A DNA stretch of 64,000 nucleotides from Mobula hypostoma. Its lineage: Eukaryota. Each line of letters begins with the position of its first letter. The first letter of the stretch is position 1. The notes beneath the pieces are model-generated. The model was not told where the DNA came from and made no database searches. It saw nothing but the letters and a program-made list of their open reading frames with translations. This document shows, one piece after another, positions 1-13,531 of the stretch. The stretch spans positions 16,740,001-16,804,000 of the forward strand of contig NC_086108.1 in assembly GCF_963921235.1 (NCBI RefSeq), written 5' to 3'. A program made the translations under genes and the position numbers.

Positions 1-192
1 GCTCTCTCGCTCTCGCACTCTCTCTCTCTCGCGCTTGCTTTCTTGCTCTTGCTCGCTCTCTCTCGCACTTGCTTTCTTGCTCTCACTCTCTCTCGTGCTT
101 GCTTTCTCGCTCTCTTGCTCTCTCCCTCACGGTCACTCTCACTCGCGCTCGCTCTCTCACTCTCCCTCGCGCGTTCTCTCACGCTCGCTCTC
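1..192. repeat. Degenerate (CT)n/(CTCG)n microsatellite
   Basis: Pyrimidine-rich CT/CG dinucleotide tract. ORFs 35..355 and 43..252 are artefacts of it. Confidence 0.9.
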
Positions 193-297
193 AAAAAAAT
201 CAATTTCCAGGACATTGTATATAATTTGCGGGCATCAGGGAGCCACTATTAATTTGTGGGAGACTCCCGGAACTTCCGGGAGAGGTGGGATGTCTGC

Positions 298-2772
298 AAA
301 GTCATCAAATGTTCCTTGTATGATAATTCTTTCATTTCAGGAATCATCCTTGTGAACCTCCTCTGGACCCTCTCCAATGCCAGCACATCTCTTCTAAGAT
401 GAAGAGCCCAAAACTGTACACAATACTCAAGGCGAGGCCTCACCACTGCCTTATAAGCCTCAGTGTCATGTTCTTGTTCTTGTATTGTAGACCTCTTGAA
501 ATGAATGCTAACACTGCATTTGCCTTCCTTACCATCAACTCAATCTGCAAGTTAACCTTCAGGGTGTTCTGCACAAGGACTCCTAAGTCCCTTTGCATCT
601 CAGATTTTTGGACTTTCTCCCCGTTTAGAAAATAGTCCCCACATTTACTTCTACTACCAAAGTGCATGACCGTGCGTATTCCAACATTATATTTCATTTG
701 TCACTTTCTTGCCCATTCTCCTAATCTGCCTAAGTTCATCTGCATCCTACCTGTTTCCTCAGTACTACCTGCCCCGCCACCAATCTTCGTATCATCTGCA
801 AACTTGGCAACAAAGCCTCTGTTTCATCATCTAAATCATTTATATATAGCATAAAAAGAAGTGGTCCCAACACTGGCCCCTGCAGAGAACCAGACAAGGA
901 TCCTTTAATTCCCCCTCGCTGCCTTCTTCCAATCAGCCAATGCTCTAACCACATTCGTAACTTTCCTATAATAACACGGACTCTTAACTTGGTAAGCAGC
1001 ATCACGTGTGACACCTTGTCAAAGGCCTTCTGAAAGTCCAAATATACAACATCCACTGTATCTTTGTACTTTACTTGTAATCTCCTCAAAGAACTCCAAC
1101 AGGTTCATCAGGCAAGATTTCCTCTGAAGAAAACCATGCTGACTTTAAGGGTCTCGGCCTGAAACGTCGACTGTACCTCTTCCTAGAGATGCTGCCTGGC
1201 CTGCTGCGTTCACCAGCAACTTTGGTGTGTGTTGCTTGAATTTCCAGCATCTGCAGAATTCCTGTTGTCTGACTTTGTCCTATCTTGTCCTGTGCCACCA
1301 AGTACCCCATCAGCTCATCTTTAACAACTGGCTCTAACATCTCCCCAATCACTGAGGTCAGGTTAACTGGTCTATAATTTCCTTTCTGCTGCCTTCCTCC
1401 TTTCTTAAAGTGTGGAGTGACATTTGCAATTTTCCACTCCTCTGGCACTATACCAGAGTCCAACGATTTTTGAAAGATCATTGCTAATGCCGCTACCTCT
1501 TCCAGAACCCTAGGGTGCAGTTCATCTGGTCCAGGTAACTTATGTACTTTTAGGTCTTTCAGCTTTTTGAGCACCTTCTCCCTTGTAATAGTAACTGCAC
1601 CCACTTCTCTTCCTTCACACATTACATCATCTGGCAACACTGCTAGTGTCTTCCACAGTGAAGACTGATGCAAAATACTCATTTAGTTCATATGCCATCT
1701 CCTTGTCCCCGTTATTATTTCTCCTGCCTCATTTTCTAGTGGTCCTATATCCACTCTCATCTCTCTTTAATTTTTGACATACTTTAAAAAGCTTTTATTA
1801 TCCACTTTGATATTATTTGCTAGCTCGCTTTCATATTTCATCTTTTCCCTTCTAATGATTCTTTTTAGTTACTCTCTGTAGGTTTTTAAAAACTTCCCAA
1901 TCTATCTTCCCACTAATTTTTGCTTTGTTCTATGCCCTCTCTTTTGTTTTTACATTAGCTTTGACTTCCCTTGTCAGCCACGGTTGTACTATTTTGCCAT
2001 TTGAGTATTTCTTCATTTTTGGAATATGCGTGTCCTGTACCTTCCCAATTTTTCACAGAAATTTATGGCATTGCTGCTCTGCTGACATCCCTGCCAGCAG
2101 TTCCTTCTAACTTACTTTGGCCAACTCCTCTCTCATACCACTGTAATATCCCTTACTCCATCAAAATACTGCTACATCAGACTTTACTTTCTCCCTATCA
2201 AATTTCAAGTTGAAATCAATCATATTGTGATCACTGGTTCCTAAGGGTTCTTTTACCTTAGGCTCACTAATCACCCCCGGTTCATTACACAACAGCCATT
2301 CTAGTATAGATGATCCCCTAGTAGGCTCAACAACAAACTGCTCTAAAAAACCACCTCTTCAGCATTCAACAGACTCATTCTCTTGAGATCCATTACCAAC
2401 CTGGTTTTCCCAATCGACCTGCATGTTAAAATCTCCCATGACTATCATAACATTGCCCTTTTCACACGTCTTTTCTATTTCCTGCTGTAATCTGTGGTCC
2501 ACCTCCCAGCAACTGTTGGGAAGCCTGTATATAACTGCCATCAGGGTCCTCTTACCCTTGCAATTTCTTAACTCAACCCACAAAGATTCAACATCTTCCA
2601 ATCCCATGTCAAATCTTTCTACTGATTTGATGCCATTCTTTGCCAATAGAGCCACGCCTCCCCCTCTGCCTACCTTCCCATCCCTCCAAGACAATGTGTA
2701 ACCTTGGACATTCAGCTCCCAACTACAGCCATCCTTCAGCCACCATTCAGTGATGGCCACAACATCATACCT
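298..2772 (-). mobile_element. CR1-clade LINE, degraded ORF2 (APE endonuclease + RT)
   Basis: Minus-strand fragments YDVVAITE..GGGVALL..MGDFN (APE), PGPDELHPRVL..GNYRPV, VYLDFQKAFDKV and VRPRLEYCVQFW (RT and C-terminus), with frameshifts. Confidence 0.92.
1147..1268 (+). mobile_element. Penelope-like pseudo-LTR fragment, 5'-truncated inside the hammerhead motif
   Basis: Matches the pLTR end at 25961-26082. Flanked by TSD CTGACTTT (1139-1146, 1269-1276) inside the CR1. Confidence 0.88.
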
Positions 2773-2972
2773 GGTCACAAACATCATCACAGTTGTAAAG
2801 CACACAAACTAGCTTTGCTTCCAAATAATCTACTCCAGTATGGGTATAAAGCCAACCAATTCCCAATGTTTAATGTTCTCTTCAGTTACCTACCCTTAAT
2901 TTTTACTGTAGCTAATGGAAGGTAACTGATACCATTATCAAACAGCACTTATTCACCAAAAACTTGTTCACC

Positions 2973-3130
2973 AATCATCATCATCATCAGATGCCATGCC
3001 CTGTTTGAGCTTTGACTGCCATGGCCCAAACACTCCTGTTTCGGGTCAAGTGGATCAATTCATTGGTATTCATTTCCAGTTCTCTGGCTGCTGTCTCCAT
3101 CTTCATTTGTCTTTGCCTTCCTGTTGCTCA
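2973..3130 (-). mobile_element. RTE-like LINE 3' end
   Basis: Minus strand reads ..GRQRQMKMETAARELEMNTNELIHLTRNRSVWAMAVKAQTGHGI* followed by a (TGA)n tail. Confidence 0.55.
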
Positions 3131-4271
3131 ATGCTCAATTTAAATCCCACAAATACCAATTAGCTTCTGATCTCAATGCCACCTTCGCCCAAGTTTAACA
3201 CGACTGAATAAACATTTCTCAGCATCTTCTCAATGTAACTACAAGAGCTCTCAGGACCTGGCTTCCATTTCAAGAATACCTAAATTTAATTGTGTTTTAC
3301 AGTGCACCAGTCTTTGAACTGAGAAATCTTTGTTCAATTTTTGGGCTCTGCTAATATTTAAAAAGTTGTATCAAGGTTCAACAGCAAGTGAAAACAAACA
3401 TGATGAACAACACAAGCATAAAAGCCAACTAGTTTTTCAAAAAGCTAAACAGACTCAAAGCATAGCGTCAGTCTCTTGCAAAAAAACCCCTCCATTTAGA
3501 AATAAATAGCTTAAGGGGATAATTATTCAAATATTGCTGGAAATATATATTATAGTATATTAATTGAGATACAGAACATTGCAGTATGAAAAGACAGTTC
3601 CATCTGAGTTAGTCCATCATTCTAGATAGAGGAAATTGGGTTTAAAAACCAATCCTGAATGCATAGTTCCATTAAAGATCAATAAATCTATTACATCTGA
3701 TATTACACAGTGTGATAAACAACTTCACGAAATGTCCTAAATTTGCTATCGAGCTAGTTTAACCTGTGACATTTTACCCAACAAATGCAATGCATTAATC
3801 GCTTAGACATAGACCACCTTCAACATGGCCATATATTTACCTTATTTTCAGTGTTGCTTCTTTATTCGCATCCTGACAGGCGATTAAAATTGTGATTTTT
3901 CACTGCTACCCTGTCTGAATGTCTTTTGTTTCTTAGTGATCAGTACAAAACTCTGTGTGAACAGAGTGCAGTATTGCACTGATACCACTCTCCTTTAACT
4001 TTTGTACTAGTATTTAGTCATTTTGTAAAGTGACGTTGTATACCAGGCCTTTTGGCCTTTCAAACTGTGGTAGGTCTTTGAAAGAACTAGCTATTAGTTT
4101 CACTTGCCTGTTCTTCCTCTATGATGTTGGAAATACTTCTATTACAAAGCTATCACATCCGGTTTCCAAAGCCTTTTGGTAGTGCATTGGAAATCAGGTC
4201 AACTTGCTAGGTAAAATATTTGCTGACTTTATTCTATCGCCTGTCGACAGAATGGATCAGCTTCTTATAAA

Positions 4272-6045
4272 TATGAGAAAGTCTGCAGATGCTGGAAAGC
4301 CAAAGCAACACATACAAAATGCTGGAAGAACTCAACAGGTCGGACAGCATCTCGGAAAATGAATAGGCAGTTGATGTTCCGGGCTGAAACCCTTCTTCAG
4401 GACTGAAAAGGAAGAGGGAAGGGGTCAGACTAAAAAGGTGGGGGGAAGGGAAGAAGTATAGCTAGAAGATGATAGGTGGCGGCATGTGGGTAGGAAAGGT
4501 AAAAAGCTAGTGAAGAAGGAACCTGAGAGGAGAGTGGACCACAGGAGAAAGGGAAAGAGGAAGGGATCCAGGGGGAACTGATAGGTAGGTGAGAAGAGAT
4601 AAAAAGCCAGAGGGGAAGGGGAAGGGATTTTTTTTAAACCGGAAGGAAAAATCAATATTCATGTTATCAGGTTGGAGGCAACCCAGGCGGAATATAAGGT
4701 GGTTCTCCTCCACCCTGAGGGTGGCCTCACCTTGGTCTAAAGGCTGATTTATACTTCTATGTAGGCTCTACACCATAGCTGACGCCGTTGTGAGCATTTA
4801 TACTTGTGCGTTGGTGTGTCTGCGTCGCTCTGCAATTCACCGCCAAAATGCTAGTTGGCGGTGGGGTTTCTATGCCACTGTGTTGAGTTTCTTTGTGTAC
4901 TTCAAACAATGGCGACTGAAACTGAGCGCATCATGTTGGAGTTGGAGCTAATAAATGTTGAACAAGAGTTACTTTTATTGAAATTACTGCAACGCAGAAA
5001 AGAGAATAGACGTTGGAGGAGATGGTGTGTACGACCATTGAACGGATTGAGGCAGAAGGAGGGTGAATTTTCTGTGCTTGTCCGGCCACTGAGAGACATG
5101 GACAACGAAATGCATTTCAAATATTTTCGGATGTCGGCAGGTAGATTTGATGATTTGACGAAGCAACCGGAAATGTGATGCTACCAAGTGGACCAATCAC
5201 AGTTGTTGCAGTCTGCGCCGCCGCGATGCGTAGTTACATTTTTGGGGAGGTGCGTGTCAGGCTACGGATTAAGGTACACGGCTACACCATACCTACGGTG
5301 TAGATTCGACGCAGAAATATAAATTGGCCTTGGGGGTGGACATTTCAGAATGGGAATGGGTATTAAAATGTTTGGTCACTGGCAAGTTCCATTATTGTTG
5401 GATGGAGTGGAGATGTTCGATGAAGCAATCCCCAAATTTACACCAGGTCTCACCAACATAGAGGAGGCCGCATCAGGAACAGTGGACACAACAGACGACC
5501 CCAGCAGATTTGCAGGTGGTGTTACCCACTAGGAAAGACTGTTTGGGGCTCTGAATGGAGGAGGAGGAGGAGGTGAATGGGCAGCTGTAGCACCTAGGCT
5601 GCTTGCAGAGATAAGTGCTGGGAGGGAGATTAGCAGGGAGGACAATTAGATTAGGGAATCACATAGGGAACAATCACTATGGAAAGCGAGAGGATTGGGG
5701 TGGGGAGTATAGCTATGTTTAGTAATGGAATCCCTCTGGAGATGGCAGAAGTTGCGGAGGATGATGTGTTGGATGACGTGTTAGGCTCATGAGTTAATAG
5801 GTAAGGACAAGAGGAACTCACTGTTAAAACGGCAGGAAGATCGGGATGAGCGCAAATGATCAGGAAATAGAGAAGATGCAGGTGAGGGCAACATTAATAG
5901 TGGAATAGTGGAATATTCTCTAATGTCCTGGAAAGGAAAGCCACATCCTGGGAACAAATGTGACAAAGGTGAAGGAACTGAGAAAAGGGAATAGCATTTT
6001 TATAAGAAATAGGGCAGGAAGGGGTCCAGTCAAGATAACCATGAG
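4272..6045 (-). mobile_element. Old Penelope-like element (GIY-YIG end + pLTR), interrupted by a Harbinger element
   Basis: EENHLIFRLGCLQPDNMNIDFS matches the PLE C-terminus. pLTR with a decayed hammerhead (agtcCTGAAGAagggtttcagcccGGAAcatcaact) at about 4369-4404. Confidence 0.85.
4741..5330 (+). mobile_element. Non-autonomous PIF/Harbinger transposon with N-terminal transposase remnant
   Basis: TIRs AGGCTGATTTATACTTCT / AGAAATATAAATTGGCCT, preceded by TAA. ORF 4855-5178 contains RRWCVRPLN..GEF..LV..LR..D...F.YFRMS...FDDL, typical of Harbinger transposase N-termini. Confidence 0.8.
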
Positions 6046-6514
6046 AATTGGAGAATAAAGGCTTCTCTTGCCTTCAAAGCCTCCAGGCCAAAGATTTTTG
6101 TCATTTCTGTATTGTCCCCTACTGATTCCATTGTTTTTCTAATTTAGCCGTCAATATGCTGTTTTGTATAGTCCCTATGATATGAAATAAAGCTGGGACT
6201 TTCAGATCAGGAGAGTTCAAGAATATTTCCTTCCTTGACAAAACCTAAAGCATCAGCAACCAGCTTCACCAGAGGTGCAAAACTGATGATTCCATTTTGT
6301 CACTAGGCCTTCAGGATCACAAAACATGGTCCACGGCCTCCATGATCCAAACCCCAATAAAGAAATAGCTGAGAGCACATAATGCAAAAGCTATGGGACC
6401 AGGTAATACTTTGACTATAACACAAACACCTAAACTCCAGAACTAAGCTGCTCCAGTATAATTACTCATTGGCAGCTACTTGGAACTTCTCCAGTTATGA
6501 CCGATTCATAAAAA

Positions 6515-7912
6515 ATGATTCAAGATTGTTTAAAGTCATTTCCAGTACACAAGTGTAAAAGAGAATGAAATAATTGGTACTCCGGATCTGATGCAGCACA
6601 AAAAAAAAACAAAGTAAAATTAAGAGCACAATAATAAAAATTACATTAAATATAAATACATAAGATATCTTATATACATAAATTGATTGTATGTACATAA
6701 AGTGATACTAGGCATAGGAGTGTCTGTAGAACATAGAACATACAATAGTACAGCACAGTACAGGCCCTTCGGCCCAAAATGTTGTGCCGACCCTTAAACC
6801 CTGCCTCCCATATAACCTCCCACCTTAGGTTCCTCCATATACCTGTCTAGTAGTCTCTTAAATTTCACTAGTGTATCCGCCTCCACCACTGACTCAGGCA
6901 GTGCATTCCATGCACCAACCACTCTCTGAGTAAAAAACCTTCCTCTAATATCCCCCTTGAACTTCCCACCCCTTACCTTAAAGCCATGTCCTCTTGTATT
7001 GAGCAGTGGTGCCCTGGGGAAGAGGCGCTGGCTATCCACTTTATCTATTCCTCTTAATATCTTGTATATCTCTATCATGTCTCCTCTCATCCTCCTCTTC
7101 TCCAGAGAGTAAAGCCCTAGCTCCCTTAATCTCTGATCATAATGCATACTCTCTAAACCAGGTAGCATCCTGGTAAATCTCCTCTGTACCCTTTCCAATG
7201 CTTCCACATCCTTCCTATAGTGAGGCGACCAGAACTGGACACAGTACTCCAAGTGTGGCCTAACCAGAGTTTTATAGAGCTGCATCATCACCCCGCGACT
7301 GTACCTAAGGTGAATGACTGGAAATAATAAAGTACTGGTGGTCAGGGTCGTGGAGGGCTGAGTCAGTGGAAGGTGTTGATCAGCCTTACTGCTTGGGGGA
7401 AGTAACTGTTTCTGAGCCTGGTGATCCTGGTGTGGATACTACGTAGCCTCCTCCCTGATGGGAGTGGCACAAACAGTCCTTGAGCAGGATGGGTGGGATC
7501 CTTCATGATGTTACTGGCCCTTTTCCAGCACCTTTCTGTATATAAGTCTTTGATGGCAGGTAGGCTGGTGACAGTGATGCATTGGGCAGTTTTGACCACC
7601 TGTTGTAGAGTCTTCCTGTCTACCGTAGTGCAGTTTCCATACCATGCAGTGATATAAAATGTTTTCTACTGCACATCTGTAGAGAATGGCATGAATATGG
7701 ATGTGCATAGTCCAGCTCTCTTCAGTAACCTCAAAAAGCAGAGACATTGGTGAGCTTTCCTGATTGTGTAGGATGTGTTCTGGGACCATAAGTTGTGCAC
7801 TCCCAGGAGTTTGAAACTGCTCGCAGTTTCCACTGCAGTGTGCTGATGTAAAGCAGGTATGAGTGGTGTGAGTTCTCTTAAATTAAGTCAATAATCATCT
7901 CCTTTGTCTTTT
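6515..7912 (-). mobile_element. Rex1/Babar-like LINE 3' part, interrupted by CR1
   Basis: YRCAVENIL and KRASNIMKDPTHPAQGLFVPLPSGRRLRSIHTRITRLRNSYFPQAVRLIN, the characteristic Rex1 C-terminus. Confidence 0.85.
6729..7298 (-). mobile_element. CR1 LINE 3' fragment (fairly young)
   Basis: Open ORF 6794-7291 LYKTLVRPHLEYCVQFWSP..FFTQRVVGAWNALP. (TGTTCTA)n tail. Short duplication CTGTA at 6724-28 and 7299-7303. Confidence 0.9.
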
Positions 7913-8715
7913 TGGGGGGCAGAGACAGAGATACAGAGTCACAGAGACAGTGAGAGGGAGAAAGAGAAAGAGAGAGAGAAAGATAAAAAGAGGCAAAGAC
8001 ATAGAAGTCAGAGTGGATGTGTGAAGTGTGATGGAAAACTCATGGCCAATCCTGGTAACTAAATAGAGGTACTCTGAAAATGGTCACCTAATCTGTGCTT
8101 GTAGGGGACATCATATCTTGAGCACCAAAATTAACACATTAAAGTACAAGTCATGTCAGATTGGTTGTTATGTTGAACAATGCACTTTAACACTGCATTG
8201 TTCAACGTAATAGCCAGTTTAGTCAGTCGAAGGAGACTACCGATAGAAGAGAATTAATTAGGCCTCCATTCAAGGAGGGTTTAGAATGGGGGTGATACAA
8301 AAGGATTAGATGTTCACAACAATATGAGGTGATCAGAAAAATGAAAACAAGGTAGTGGAACTAAATAAGAGAAAAAAGAAAGAATAGAATAAAGATAAAT
8401 TCTTGGAATAAAGATAGCTGAAGCATGAGGTCTACCAGGATAGTCTTTTTTATAGATCTTGGAAAATTAATACAAATGGGTTGTGCAAGATTATGAGGCT
8501 GTAGGGTGTGGTGGGAAGATCTCGGGAGGAAATGAAGTCAATGACCATCATTCTTCGGAGGTCTGCAAGCATTGTTGTTGAAGGTATAAACTGAGTTTGC
8601 AGGAACAATGGCGAGTAGACAGAATAGTTGCCCAGATGGAGAGGTACAATCACCTAGAGGAGATTCAGTTATTAATTCCAGAGGGCAGAACATGACAGCA
8701 AGTATATAACAAGGG

Positions 8716-10032
8716 TCCACGTCTCACATCTCACATGCGTACAGGAAGATGAAGAATTCCAATGCACGCAGGAGTCTGATCTTGTACTTCATGGTGATGT
8801 TGCTGTCCTTCCATATTGTCTTGAGTTTGGATAGTGTAATCATCGTCTGTGCGATTCTTGCCAGAACTTCTGGCCTTGCTCCTTCATCACAGATGATTTA
8901 CCCCCAGGTATTTAAACTGCAGCACTGACTCAAGTTTCTGACCATGGACTGAGATGGCACCGTTGGCATTTGCCATGAGCTTGGTTTTCTCAGCACTTAT
9001 TTCCATTCCAAACTTTGTGGAGGCTCTGTCAAGATGGCTGACCAGGTTGGCCAGTTCATCCTCTTTTCCTGCAAGTCCATCAATATCTTAGGTTTGTGAT
9101 GTTCCTCCCTCCGATGTTGACTGTGTCCACATGATCTTCAAAGGCAACACTCATGATTCGTTCCAGGAAGATGTTGAAGAGAGAGGGGGAGAGGAGGCAG
9201 CCCTGACGGACTCCTACAGAGGTATGGAACCACTCCCTGATGGTGCCCTGCATGAGTACTGTACTGGTTGCCTTGGCGTAAAGCTGATGGATTGTATGAA
9301 TCAGCTTCTGCCCCTTGTTGAATTTCTTCATGGTGGCCCATAAGACATCATGCCAGACTCTGTCAAATGCCTTCTTGAAGTCTATGAAGACATGGTAGAA
9401 CTCTCTCTGGTGCTGAAGGTGCTTCTCACAAAGGATGCGGAGGCTGAAAGTCTGCTCAGTGGTGCTTCTGCCCTTACGGAAGCCTGCTTGTTCCTCGGAA
9501 ATGATGTCTTCTGCCTGAGGTCTCAGTCTGTTCAAGACGACTCTGAGCATTACCTTGTTTACATGGTTGATCAAACTGATGGTACGGTAATTCTGGCAAA
9601 GTTAGACTCTCACAGCAGAGCCACAGAGGAAGATACAGGCATTGGAAATGAGATGCTATCGCAACATCTTGGGCATCTCATACTTGGACCGCATCACAAA
9701 CGAGCAGGTCCGCAAGACCATCTAGCGCCACATTGGCCCCCATTTTAAGACCTTCTCACAGCGGTGAAGAAAAGAAAGCTGAGATGGTATGGCCACATAA
9801 CAAGATCCAGCAGCCTTGCAAAGACCATTCTACAAGGAACTGTGGAGGGAAAAGAAGGAGAGGTAGACAGAGGAAAAGATGGATGGACAACATTAAAGAA
9901 TGGACAGGGAAAACATTTGCGGTGACCCAGGCTCTGGCACACAACCGCGACATATGGAATAGATTGGTGCAAAGCTTGTCATGACAGCGCCCCGACGACT
10001 CCACCAGGAGTTAAGGAAGGAAGGAAGGAAGG
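8716..10032. mobile_element. RTE-clade LINE with 5' inversion (8716-~9602 minus; ~9605-10032 plus)
   Basis: Minus RT: EEQAGFRKGRSTTEQ..FIDFKKAFDRVWH..GVRQGCLLSP. Plus C-terminus: KRKLRWYGH..QGTVEGKRRRGRQRKRW. (GGAA)n tail. TSD ATAYAACAAGGG at 8704-8715 and 10033-10044. Confidence 0.88.
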
Positions 10033-10044
10033 ATACAACAAGGG

Positions 10045-11745
10045 AATTCAAAGCTGAATGTCATCGATTTCAATGCAAGGACTATCATTCTCAATGTTAA
10101 TTTAAGCTCAAAGCTTTAATTAACATAGGATTTGTAATATTGTTGTCATTAATGAAACATGTTTGAAGGAATGGCAAGCTAGTAACTCAGATTCTTAGAG
10201 CATAGAATTTTCAGGCAAGGCAGAGGAGTGAGTAAAAAGGGAAGAAGCATTTCATTGTTATATAGAGATTGCATTACTTCAGTGCTGAGGGAGGATATTT
10301 TAGAAAGTTCCTTAAATACAAGGTATGTTAAAATTAGAAACAAAAAATATGTTGTCACTATGCTAGAGGTGTATTACAGACCTCTCAACAGTTAATAGGA
10401 GATAGAGGAAAAGACAAACAGATATACAATAGAGATAGCGCTATTGTACTGAGGGATTTCAGTTTCTCAAGTATTAATTGGGATGCCTTAGCAAGGCTCA
10501 GAAGGGACAGAATTTTTAAAGTGTGTGCAGGAGAGCTTTTTGATACAGTATGTAGATAGACCAATGAGGGATGGAGCATTACTGGACGTTAAGCCAGGAC
10601 ATTATAGGCCAGGTACCCTGACTTCAATGGTTGGGAAGATGTTGTAATCCATTATTAAAAATGAGGTTTTGGACTGCCTGGAGGCACACAATAAAATAGG
10701 CCGTGGTCAGCATGTTTTCCTTAAAGGAAAATCTTGTCTGACACAATCTGTCGGAATCCTTTGAAGAAATAACAGTCAAGATAGCCAAAGAAGAGTCAGT
10801 GGATGTTGTTTACTTGAGTTTCCAGGAGGCCTTTGATAAAGTGTTGCACATGAGTCTGCTTAACAAAATAAAAGCCCATGATTAAGATACATAGAAGATT
10901 GGCTGTCTGGCAGGAGGCAAAGTATGGGAATAGACCGGGCATTTTACGGTTGGCTGCTGGTGACTAGTGGTGTTCCACAGAGACCGGTGTTGGGACTGCT
11001 TCTTTTCATGTCATACGTCAATAATTTGGATGATGAAATTGATGGCTTTGTGGCCAAGTTTGTGGACAATATGAAAATAGGTGGAAGGGCAGGTAGTGTT
11101 AAGGACACAGGGAGTCTGCAAAAGGACGGACAGATTAGGAAAATGTTCAAAGAAATGGCAGATGGAACATAGTGTATGGAAGTGTATGATCATGCACTTT
11201 TGTTATAAGGAATAAAGGCATAGACTAAATAGTCTAAATGGGGAGAAAATTCAGAAATCACAGTGGTACTTGGGAGTCCTCGTGCAGGATTCCCTGAAGG
11301 TTAACTTGCAGGTTCAGTTGGTGGTAAGGAAGGCAAATTCAATGTTAACATTCATTTCAAGAGGACTAGAATGTGAAGGCAAGGACCTAATGCTGAGGCA
11401 TTGGTCAGACCGTATGTGAAGTATTGTGAACAGTTTTGGTTTTCTTTTCTGAAAAAGGAAGTGCTGATATTGGAGTGGGGCCTGAGGAGGTTCACAGGAA
11501 TGTTCCCAAGAATGAAAGGATTAATGTATGAGGAGCATCTGATGGCGCTGGGCCTGTATTCATTGGAATTCAGAAGAATGAGGAGGAATCTCATTGAAAC
11601 CTATCAAATATTGAAATGCCAAAACAGAGTGAATGTTGAAAAGATGTCTTCTATGGATCAGAGGGCACAGCCTCAGAATAGAAGGCCGTCCTTTTAGAAC
11701 AGAGATAAGGAAGAATTTCTTTTGTCAGAGGGTGGTGAATCTAAC
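10045..11745 (+). mobile_element. Degraded CR1 LINE (continues the older segment about 8200-8715)
   Basis: VTSGVPQRPVLGLLLF..KFVDNMKIGG and VRPYVKYCEQFW motifs. Many stops and deletions. Confidence 0.8.
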
Positions 11746-11962
11746 AAAGATTAGAATGAGATGATTAAGAATATAAAAGAAGCACGATTTGGATAGAGAA
11801 ATAAAGCTAAACTGCTTCAGTTCAAAAACCACATGGACACAAATTTGAAGTGTTGGCTAAAATAATATGAAGAGTATTTTTAATGCAACATGAATTTGAA
11901 ATGTTCTGTTTTATAGGTAGATGAATACAAATTCAAAGTAGTATTGAAAAAAGAATTAGATA

Positions 11963-13531
11963 CAGTGCCTATAAAAAGTATTCTTCCCCTCCTTGGAAGT
12001 TTTCATGTTTTATTGTTTTATAACACTAAATCACAGTGGATTTAGTTTGGCTCTTTTTGACACTGATAAACAGAAAAAGACTCTTTCACGTCAAAGTGAA
12101 AACAGATCTCTACAAAGTGATCTAAATTGATTACAAATATAAAACACAAACTAACTGATGCATAAGTATTCACACACCAAGTCATCACTGGTGCAAACAA
12201 TTGGTTTTAGAAGTCACATAATTAGTTAACCGGTGATCACCTGTGTGCAGTCAAGGTATTTCAATGGATTGTAGTAAAAATATACCTGTATCTAGAAGGT
12301 CCAACTGCTAGTGAGTCAGTATCCTGGCAAAAAACTACACCATGATGACAAAAGGACACTCCAAGCAACTCCACAAGAAGGTTACTGAAAAGCAGAAGTC
12401 AGGAGATGGAGACAAGAAAATTTCCAAATCTGAATATGCCTTGGAGTACAGTCAAGTCAATCATCAAGAAATGGAAGGAATATGGCACACCTGCATATCT
12501 GCCTGCAGTAGGCCGTCCTCAAAAATTGAGTGACTGTGCAAGAAGCAGACTAGTGAGGGAGGCCACCAAGATACCTATGACAACTCTGGAGGAGTCACAA
12601 GCTTCAGTAGCTGAGATGGGACAAATTGTGCATACAACTGTTTACCGGGTAGTTCATCATTTGCAGCTTTATGGGAGAATGGCAAAGAGAAAGCAACTGT
12701 TGAATAAAAAATACATGAAATCTCGGCTAGAATTTGCTAGAAGGCATGTGGGAGATTCAGAAGTCAGCTGGAAGAAGGTTCTATGGTCTAATGAAACCAT
12801 AATGAAGGTTCTTTGGCCATCAGACTAAATGATAAGTTTGGTGTAAGCCAAATACTGCACATCATCAAAAACACACCATCCCGACCATGAAGCATGGTGG
12901 GGTTGCATCATGCTGTGGGGATGCTTCACTGCAGCAAGCCCTGGAAGACTTGTGAAGGTAGAGGGTAAAATGAATGCAGCAAAATGCAGGGAAAACCTGA
13001 TGCAGTCTGCAAGAGAACTGTTTTGGGAGATTAGTTTTCAAGCAAGACAATGACCCCAAGCATAAAGCCAAAGCTACATAGGAATGGCTTAAAAACAACA
13101 AAATTGATGTCCTGGAGCAGCCAAATCAGAGTCCAGACCTCAATCCAAATGACAAATTGTGGCTGGACTTGAAAAGACCTATTTACTCATGATCCCTGTG
13201 CAATCTGACAGAGTTTGCGCAGTTTTGCAAAGATGAATGGGGCAAAATTGCAGTGTCCAGATGTGCAGAGCTGATCGAGACCTACCCACACAGACTCAAG
13301 GCTGTAATTGCCGGTGAGTAGGTGAGTAATAATGCAATCAACTATCTTGTGTTTAATAATTGTAATAAATTTAGACCAATTTGGCGAAATTTGTTTTTAC
13401 TTTGACATGAAAGAATCTTTTTCTGTTGATCAGTGTCAAAAGAGCCTAATTAAATCCACTGTGATTCAATGTTGTAAAACAATAAAACATGCAAACTTCT
13501 AAGGGTGGGTGAATACTTTTTACAGGCGCTG
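11963..13531 (+). mobile_element. Tc1-family DNA transposon with decayed transposase
   Basis: TA-flanked long TIRs CAGTGCCTATAAAAAGTATTC / GAATACTTTTTACAGGCGCTG. Fragments STVKSIIKKWKEYG..GRPQKL, WKKVLWSNE, KHGG, QDNDPKH. Confidence 0.93.

Noticed and set aside
35..355. Ser/Leu-rich ORF
   Set aside because: Translation of a CT microsatellite.
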